From a virus (Duplodnaviria > Caudoviricetes), in IMG/VR virus record IMGVR_UViG_3300012667_000100, positions 1 through 29,891 of that record: DNA of 29,891 bases; one strand, given 5' to 3'. This document shows positions 24,864-29,891 of this stretch, piece after piece. The notes beneath the pieces were generated by a model. It was given only the letters and a program-made list of their open reading frames with translations, was not told the DNA's origin and did not search any database. Position 1 is the first letter of the stretch. Each line of letters opens with the position of its first letter. The translations under genes and the position numbers were made by a program.

Positions 24864-24919
24864 ATAGAATAATTATACCCGAAAGTTGAATTTATGTAAA
24901 GCCCCTACAACCTGTAGGG
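24864..24919 (-). promoter_or_regulatory. Early promoter plus stem-loop cassette, copy 2
   Basis: TTTACA (24900-24895), N17, TATAAT (24877-24872); ccctac-N5-gtaggg at 24903-24919; 21 bp identical to copy 1. Confidence 0.8.
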
Positions 24920-25045
24920 TTATGGTAAGTCGAAAGGTTTACTTTTTGGCGGTGCCTGTAGGGGCTTGCAGTGGGCAAACTTAGGCTGGGTTGGGGTTTG
25001 ACCGTCCAGAGGCTTGTAGGACGTTTTGGAGACCCTTGTAAGGGT

Positions 25046-25291
25046 TCAGGGGGATTCTTGGGTCCAGTCGTTCACCAAAGCCTTTGCATCGGATGCAACG
25101 ACCTGTTCGATCCAGTTGGCGGAGCTGGTGTAGTCTGTGAAGAAACGGGTGGCGAAGTACTCGCCTGAGATGTGGGATGCTATGACCATGACAACACGTT
25201 GAGGGTTGACAGAAACTTTCAGAATCCAGTCGCCCCTCTTCACTGCATGGAAGCAGACATGGCTGAGATAGTAGTTTGCTTTACGGTTCAT
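25046..25291 (-). CDS. Hypothetical protein
   Basis: 81 aa ORF directly downstream of the GNAT gene. Confidence 0.6.
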   Translation of the reverse strand: MNRKANYYLSHVCFHAVKRGDWILKVSVNPQRVVMVIASHISGEYFATRFFTDYTSSANWIEQVVASDAKALVNDWTQESP

Positions 25292-25299
25292 GCAAATAT

Positions 25300-25851
25300 T
25301 TATGCACGATACAACTTTCTCATCATGTTCATGTGGTTTCGGTATACTGAATCGTACACTGCGATTCGGTCATACATGGCATCGGCGAAAGGTGTCAACG
25401 CAGTCGCTGGTTGAATGTCAACGAGAGCATCAGTTTCGCCGTAGTCGCTTTGAAGCGTCATCTGATTCTTACGAGCGATATGCTTCATGGCTCCGTTCTC
25501 AGTGAGACAGTGCATGTAAACTTCAGTGATGCCTTTTGTTCTGAGCCATGTGATTGCTCGATCAAACATCAACTGAGCCAAGCCTTGACCACGGAAGTCT
25601 TCGATCACGGAACAGCCCAACTCGGCTTGACCATCCTGAATGGCAGCGTGGCAAGCAGCAACAAGGTGTCCGTCGATATGCGTAACGCCGAACCACTGGG
25701 TCTCGTATAGAAACGAGTTCTCAACGTAGTCAGTGATGTAGGTGTCGCTCACCATACCACCGAAACGTAGTCGTCTATCTTCGCCTTGAAACGAAGTCAG
25801 ATGTGCCACAATCAATGAGGCATCGTATGCTGTTAGTTTTCTTGGAGTCAT
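25300..25851 (-). CDS. GNAT-family N-acetyltransferase
   Basis: AELGCSV..DFRGQGLA (motif A) and N.AM..IARK. Confidence 0.85.
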   Translation of the reverse strand: MTPRKLTAYDASLIVAHLTSFQGEDRRLRFGGMVSDTYITDYVENSFLYETQWFGVTHIDGHLVAACHAAIQDGQAELGCSVIEDFRGQGLAQLMFDRAITWLRTKGITEVYMHCLTENGAMKHIARKNQMTLQSDYGETDALVDIQPATALTPFADAMYDRIAVYDSVYRNHMNMMRKLYRA

Positions 25852-25854
25852 ATT

Positions 25855-25876
25855 GATAAAGGGAGCCGAAGCTCCC
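25855..25876 (-). terminator. Rho-independent terminator after hsp20
   Basis: Minus-strand GGGAGC-TTCG-GCTCCC followed by TTTAT; UUCG tetraloop typical of T4-like phages; the U-tract is short. Confidence 0.7.
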
Positions 25877-25881
25877 TGCCT

Positions 25882-26361
25882 TTAGTCTTGCAAGAATTGC
25901 TTCTCAGCCTTTGCCTTCACGGGCACTTTGACTGGTTTCTTTTCTTCTGGGATTAGGCGCTCAAGAGCAATCTTGAGGATACCGTTGAAGAGTTCAGCGT
26001 TCTCAACTTTGTACTCGTCGCCGATAGCCCAAGTGCGAGTGAACGCACGAGTAGCGATACCGTTGAAGATGTAGTCAGTTGGTTTCTCTGAGTTGCTGTT
26101 GCCCTTCACGGTCAACTTACCACCGTCCAGTTCTACTTCGATTTCGTGTGTGGCGAAGCCAGCGACAGCGATCTCGATCACGTAGTTCTTTTCGTCCACT
26201 TTGCGAACGTTGAATGGTGGGTAGTTTGGTACATTCTTGGTGATATCATCATGCAGTTTCTGCATTTGAGCCACTTGCCCATCGAAGTCTAGAAAGAACC
26301 TATCGAAGTCCTTGAAGATATCTTTGGCAAAGAATGCTGGTACGAATGACTTGTTTGTCAT
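25882..26361 (-). CDS. hsp20: Small heat-shock protein Hsp20 (IbpA-like)
   Basis: NYPPFNV, IEIAVAGF, GIATRAFTR and AELFNGILKI. Confidence 0.93.
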   Translation of the reverse strand: MTNKSFVPAFFAKDIFKDFDRFFLDFDGQVAQMQKLHDDITKNVPNYPPFNVRKVDEKNYVIEIAVAGFATHEIEVELDGGKLTVKGNSNSEKPTDYIFNGIATRAFTRTWAIGDEYKVENAELFNGILKIALERLIPEEKKPVKVPVKAKAEKQFLQD

Positions 26362-26534
26362 GTTTTTCTCCTATTAAGCGAGGTTGATAAAACGACCACC
26401 CGAAGCATGGTCATGCTGGTTACTTTATCCAGCGACAATTATCGTATGTCAGTTCAATTGCACGGACGCCTATACCGTAGACGACAACGGTCCCAAGGTG
26501 GGACTAGATTGCGATTGGGTTCAAATCAATCATA
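26362..26534 (-). other. Structured leader / candidate cis-regulatory RNA upstream of hsp20
   Basis: ~170-nt gap with at least four adjacent hairpins, including a C(UUCG)G loop. Confidence 0.45.
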
Positions 26535-26732
26535 TTAGCCTCGAGTGACTGCCGCTGCAACATCAGAGCCATCGTTGGCTGCAGGTACAGGCGCATCAGC
26601 TGCGTTGATTTGAGCCATAGCTTGTGAGCGCAACTTGTTAATCAAGTCGGCTACCTTCGCGTAAGGTTGGTCGCCCAACGATTGAAGGATTTGGTTAGAT
26701 TCGTCCACTGTGAATTCAAATTTTAGTTGCAT
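26535..26732 (-). CDS. Small hypothetical protein
   Basis: 65 aa, GGAG RBS. Confidence 0.7.
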   Translation of the reverse strand: MQLKFEFTVDESNQILQSLGDQPYAKVADLINKLRSQAMAQINAADAPVPAANDGSDVAAAVTRG

Positions 26733-26744
26733 AGTTTCTCCATG

Positions 26745-27200
26745 TTATTTAAGTTTGGTTTTCTTGTTGCCAATGTTATACTTAGGCACAAGTTCCCACT
26801 GATCTTTTTCCTTGAAAGGAATAACCTTGATGAAGGACATGCTTACTTGTGACTCAGCCTTGGTTGGGTCAACGATCTTCAGCAAGCCCCAATCGCCCAA
26901 CAGATTGGCGATGGTATTTCTACGCTCGACATCCGTGTGAGAAAGGTTTGATTCTTTGCCGTCAAGAGCGAAGAGCTCTTTGAAGTGGACAATGAAGTAG
27001 CGACCCTGCTTATGTAGAATATGGCAGGATTGATACAGTCTTTGGGGGAGTGGTTTACCAGCCTTGTCGTACTCGACGTGACGTTGAGCAACACCGATAC
27101 GGGTCAGTGTCTCTTTCACTTTCAAGAAGTTGTCTGGTTCTGGAAGTGTCACCTCCAGCATGGACTCGGGAGTCCAGTCGTAGAAAATCATTTCGGTCAT
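26745..27200 (-). CDS. regA: Translational repressor RegA
   Basis: FLKVKETLTRIG, LYQSCHILHKQGRYFIVHFKELF and W.LVPKYNIG. Confidence 0.96.
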   Translation of the reverse strand: MTEMIFYDWTPESMLEVTLPEPDNFLKVKETLTRIGVAQRHVEYDKAGKPLPQRLYQSCHILHKQGRYFIVHFKELFALDGKESNLSHTDVERRNTIANLLGDWGLLKIVDPTKAESQVSMSFIKVIPFKEKDQWELVPKYNIGNKKTKLK

Positions 27201-27583
27201 CGCTTGCCACCTGTGTCAAATTGTTCTTTTATACTTTTGAGTTGCTCAGGAGACAAAATCTTCAGAGCGACCCGTGCTTTGTCAATACTATAACCATAAT
27301 ATTGCATAACCAATTGAATAGACTCATCCACCTTGTCTGCCTTAGACCACTTGGAGAATCGTTTCTTCTTGGCAATTGTATTTATAAGATACGAAAATTG
27401 CCAGTCCTTTGGAATGCCAGCGTTCAGGTTCATCTGATTGGCATGGTGCACGGTGTCATAAAAGTATGAAAGTCCACGATTGACCATGAAGGGCGTGTAG
27501 TCCTTCTGGGCTTGCGGGTCTTCAAACAGGTTTTCTTTGGTCTGGTTGATGGCGTTCAAAAAGTCAAATGGTGTGTATGCCAT
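27197..27583 (-). CDS. gp62: Clamp loader small subunit (gp62)
   Basis: PFDFLNAIN, PFMVNRGLS and KKKRFSKW; lies between gp44 and regA. Confidence 0.92.
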   Translation of the reverse strand: MAYTPFDFLNAINQTKENLFEDPQAQKDYTPFMVNRGLSYFYDTVHHANQMNLNAGIPKDWQFSYLINTIAKKKRFSKWSKADKVDESIQLVMQYYGYSIDKARVALKILSPEQLKSIKEQFDTGGKR

Positions 27584-27590
27584 ATCAACC

Positions 27591-28541
27591 TCACTTGAAC
27601 TTACATTGAGCCATAACCTCAGTCAGAGCAGCCATCGTGTTGATTTCGTGGTCAGCAACGAATGCAGCTTTGTGTTGATAGTCAGCCAGAATCAGAACCA
27701 AGTTAGGGATAGAGGCTGGCTCCATCTTTTCGTTGGCTGTGTCGTACAGGTTTCGGAAGATCTCAACCGAGTCAACGTCACTGTTCTTGCCGACCCACTT
27801 ACGAACTTCACTGTAGTTGCGAGACTTCAGATTGGCAACCAAGTCAACGAATGACTCATCGTTCAGGTTCACCAGAATACCAGTGTCAATCTTACCTGAG
27901 ACGGAGTAGCGTTGAAGTTCGTTGATGATGCGACGGAAGTCAGGGAAGTGTTTCAGTACGAGCTCAGAGATAACCTTCTCATCGAACTCTACGCCTTCTT
28001 GCTTGAGGATAGTACAGACACGCTTGAAGATTTGAGCAGCCATCTTAGGCTTGTCTTTACCTTCAACCTTGAAGTCTACTACGGCGCAACGAGAGTGCAA
28101 CGGCTCAATGATTCGGTGCTTGTAGTTACAAGTGAAGATGAATCGGCAGTTGTTTGAGAACTCTTCGATAAAAGCACGCAGAGCTGGCTGCGTCGAGTTG
28201 GCGTTGAGATAGTCTGCTTCGTCGAGGATAACAACTTTGGTTCGTCCTTCGAGCGAAATAGAGCTGGCAAAGTTTTTAATTTTCGTACGCAGGACATCGA
28301 TACCACTTTCTTCTGAACCGTTAATGAACATATACTCAGCGTCAATCTCGTTGCATAGAGCTCTAGCAACAGTCGTCTTACCCACACCTGCGCCACCGCA
28401 GAATAGGAAAGTAGGCAGTTCGCCAGAAGCGATGAACTGTTTGAAGTTCTGCTTCAATCCCTCTGGCAAAATACAGTCATCAATGTTTTGTGGGCGGTAC
28501 TTTTCAACCCACAAGAATTGGTCATCACGTGTTTCCATCAT
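27591..28541 (-). CDS. gp44: Clamp loader AAA+ subunit (gp44)
   Basis: WVEKYRP, GGAGVGKTT, ILDEAD and PLHSRC; start after GGAG at 28541. Confidence 0.96.
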   Translation of the reverse strand: MMETRDDQFLWVEKYRPQNIDDCILPEGLKQNFKQFIASGELPTFLFCGGAGVGKTTVARALCNEIDAEYMFINGSEESGIDVLRTKIKNFASSISLEGRTKVVILDEADYLNANSTQPALRAFIEEFSNNCRFIFTCNYKHRIIEPLHSRCAVVDFKVEGKDKPKMAAQIFKRVCTILKQEGVEFDEKVISELVLKHFPDFRRIINELQRYSVSGKIDTGILVNLNDESFVDLVANLKSRNYSEVRKWVGKNSDVDSVEIFRNLYDTANEKMEPASIPNLVLILADYQHKAAFVADHEINTMAALTEVMAQCKFK

Positions 28542-28728
28542 TATCACTCCATCGTATTTCAAAAATCAAATTCATCATAAAGCGTGCAAGCCATGAAGGT
28601 TTGCGACGCATCTCATATTTAGTGCCCCAGCCACCACCCATATCGTAGACCCACCAGCCCACAGGGGGCTTCGGGGTTGCGATAGTGTAGGTGTTAGGCG
28701 AAGGTGGAGTCTGATTCGACTGCAACAT
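28525..28728 (-). CDS. Possible small hypothetical protein between gp45 and gp44
   Basis: 67 aa Trp-rich ORF filling the gap and overlapping both neighbours; start uncertain. Confidence 0.45.
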   Translation of the reverse strand: MLQSNQTPPSPNTYTIATPKPPVGWWVYDMGGGWGTKYEMRRKPSWLARFMMNLIFEIRWSDNDGNT

Positions 28729-29356
28729 AATATGTCAAATCACCAGTAGCGTTTGCGAAACGAGAGATTTTCTTTGGAGACACTGTCAACTTGTAGTCGT
28801 TCGGGAGCATCTTCAAGTTCTCAATCTTGATGTAGATGTTGAAGGTTTGGTCAGTCTCACCGATGCTGAAGTTGAAGCTGTTTGAGCTTGGTGCCTTCTT
28901 GTCGATAACGTGGAGAGCAACAGTCTTGCCGTCACCAACGATAGACAAGTCTTTGTGACCCAAGATGTTAGATGCCTTATGGATGTTTGCCAATGCACCT
29001 TTGCTGATGTCAACAACGATTGAGTCAGCTTCAGGGAACACGATGTCCTTGCTTGGCACAACCAAGGTGTTCTTCGCAGCGTTGTAGTACTTCACGCTGT
29101 TGCCTTTTTCGCTGATGACAACATGGGTTTCTTTGAAGTCCAACTCTGGGTCTTCAAACAACGACAACACACCAAGGAATTGGTTCAAGTCGTAGATACC
29201 AAACTCTGAGGGGAACGAGTCTTTGACTTTGGCGTTACCGAACACGGTCTTGTTTGTAGACAGAGTGGACAATGTATCGCCACCTTTGATCAACATGTTT
29301 TGGTTGATCGAGGCAAAGTTCTTGACGATCTCGAGGGTTTCTTTACTCAGTTTCAT
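28694..29356 (-). CDS. gp45: Sliding clamp (gp45)
   Basis: MKLSKETL..KNFASIN, FGIYDLNQFL, ENLKML..DY and YYVAVE. Confidence 0.95.
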   Translation of the reverse strand: MKLSKETLEIVKNFASINQNMLIKGGDTLSTLSTNKTVFGNAKVKDSFPSEFGIYDLNQFLGVLSLFEDPELDFKETHVVISEKGNSVKYYNAAKNTLVVPSKDIVFPEADSIVVDISKGALANIHKASNILGHKDLSIVGDGKTVALHVIDKKAPSSNSFNFSIGETDQTFNIYIKIENLKMLPNDYKLTVSPKKISRFANATGDLTYYVAVESDSTFA

Positions 29357-29397
29357 TTCTTTCTCCTATTTCAAATGAGTCATTACTATGTATAAGG

Positions 29398-29426
29398 ATT
29401 ATACTATATTTTGGGCTTTTGGTCAA
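29398..29426 (-). promoter_or_regulatory. sigma70-type promoter of the gp45 operon
   Basis: TTGACC (29426-29421), N17, TATAAT (29403-29398). Confidence 0.75.
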
Positions 29427-29428
29427 AT

Positions 29429-29891
29429 TTATTTCACCAAATGATGGGGGTTGGTCGGCGAGTGGGGTGAGTCGAACACGAAAGTGATTCGATCGGTATC
29501 AGGGGAAATATTCTCAGCCTCGTGATACTTCTTGTTATCGAACCAGAAGAATGTTCCTGGCTCAATGATGTGCTCCTCGTCTTCAACCTTGTAGCGATAG
29601 CGACCTTGAAGCGACAGGTGGTATCTGTCTTTGTGTTTGTAGTATGCGCCTTCGTCAATATGCAAAGGAACACCACAACCAACAGCCAACTTGAAGAACG
29701 CAGCACGTGAGAGCTTCGTGATACCTTTGTTGAAGATATACTGAAGCACCTCGTCGTACTTGTCAAACATTGGAGTTCTGACCAACTGCTCCGAGTCCAT
29801 TGCCTTATGTGGATCTTCAGCGATAGCCATGATCAACGGCAAGAATCCAGGTGGGTTCTTAAGACCACCTACGTTCTCGTAGTGAGACACA
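29429..29891 (-). CDS. Asp/Asn beta-hydroxylase-like 2OG-Fe(II) oxygenase (probably 5'-truncated by the window)
   Basis: LHIDEG (HxD), RYHLSL, WFDNKKYH and DRI. Confidence 0.8.
   Translation of the reverse strand, partial: VSHYENVGGLKNPPGFLPLIMAIAEDPHKAMDSEQLVRTPMFDKYDEVLQYIFNKGITKLSRAAFFKLAVGCGVPLHIDEGAYYKHKDRYHLSLQGRYRYKVEDEEHIIEPGTFFWFDNKKYHEAENISPDTDRITFVFDSPHSPTNPHHLVK

Noticed and set aside
24570-25045. Repeats considered as a CRISPR mini-array
   Set aside because: Only two long copies, about 294 bp apart with a gene between them; they match promoter consensus.
26362-26534. tRNA in the hsp20 upstream gap
   Set aside because: No convincing cloverleaf with acceptor stem and T-loop could be built by eye.
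210-29710. Numerous plus-strand ORFs of 60-166 aa
   Set aside because: Nearly all are antisense shadows of well-supported minus-strand genes, with no recognisable motifs.
1-29891. Apparent scarcity of GGCC and CCGG sites
   Set aside because: Impression only; it needs k-mer counts against a Markov model, which I cannot run.
1-29891. Alternative genetic code or stop-codon recoding
   Set aside because: Core genes are full-length under the standard code, and TAA, TGA and TAG all serve as stops.

Overview
About 30 kb of a large T4-like myophage genome, with all credible genes on the minus strand. An Rz/Rz1 spanin pair points to a Gram-negative host. Read in transcription order (right to left): (1) the core replication block (Asp/Asn beta-hydroxylase-like oxygenase, gp45, gp44, gp62, regA, hsp20); (2) a cluster of small early genes with repeated sigma70 promoter-plus-stem-loop cassettes; (3) a DexA-like exonuclease, gp43, uvsX and gp41; (4) a TET/JBP dioxygenase and glycosyltransferase DNA-hypermodification pair, both ending in the same acidic-aromatic clamp-binding-type tail as the polymerase, followed by a zincin-like protein and two restriction-endonuclease-like proteins; (5) a late block with CTAAATA motifs, in which several proteins begin with T4-type capsid-targeting-like peptides and two long ORFs are built from small basic modules separated by repeated EE-x-x-[IVL]-x-E linkers resembling prohead-protease sites; (6) Dps, virion and fibre genes, and nested spanins. 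The most novel-looking elements are the putative capsid-packaged, protease-processed polyprotein cargo and the clamp-tethered base-modification system. All family calls come from motif recognition by eye; no searches were run.
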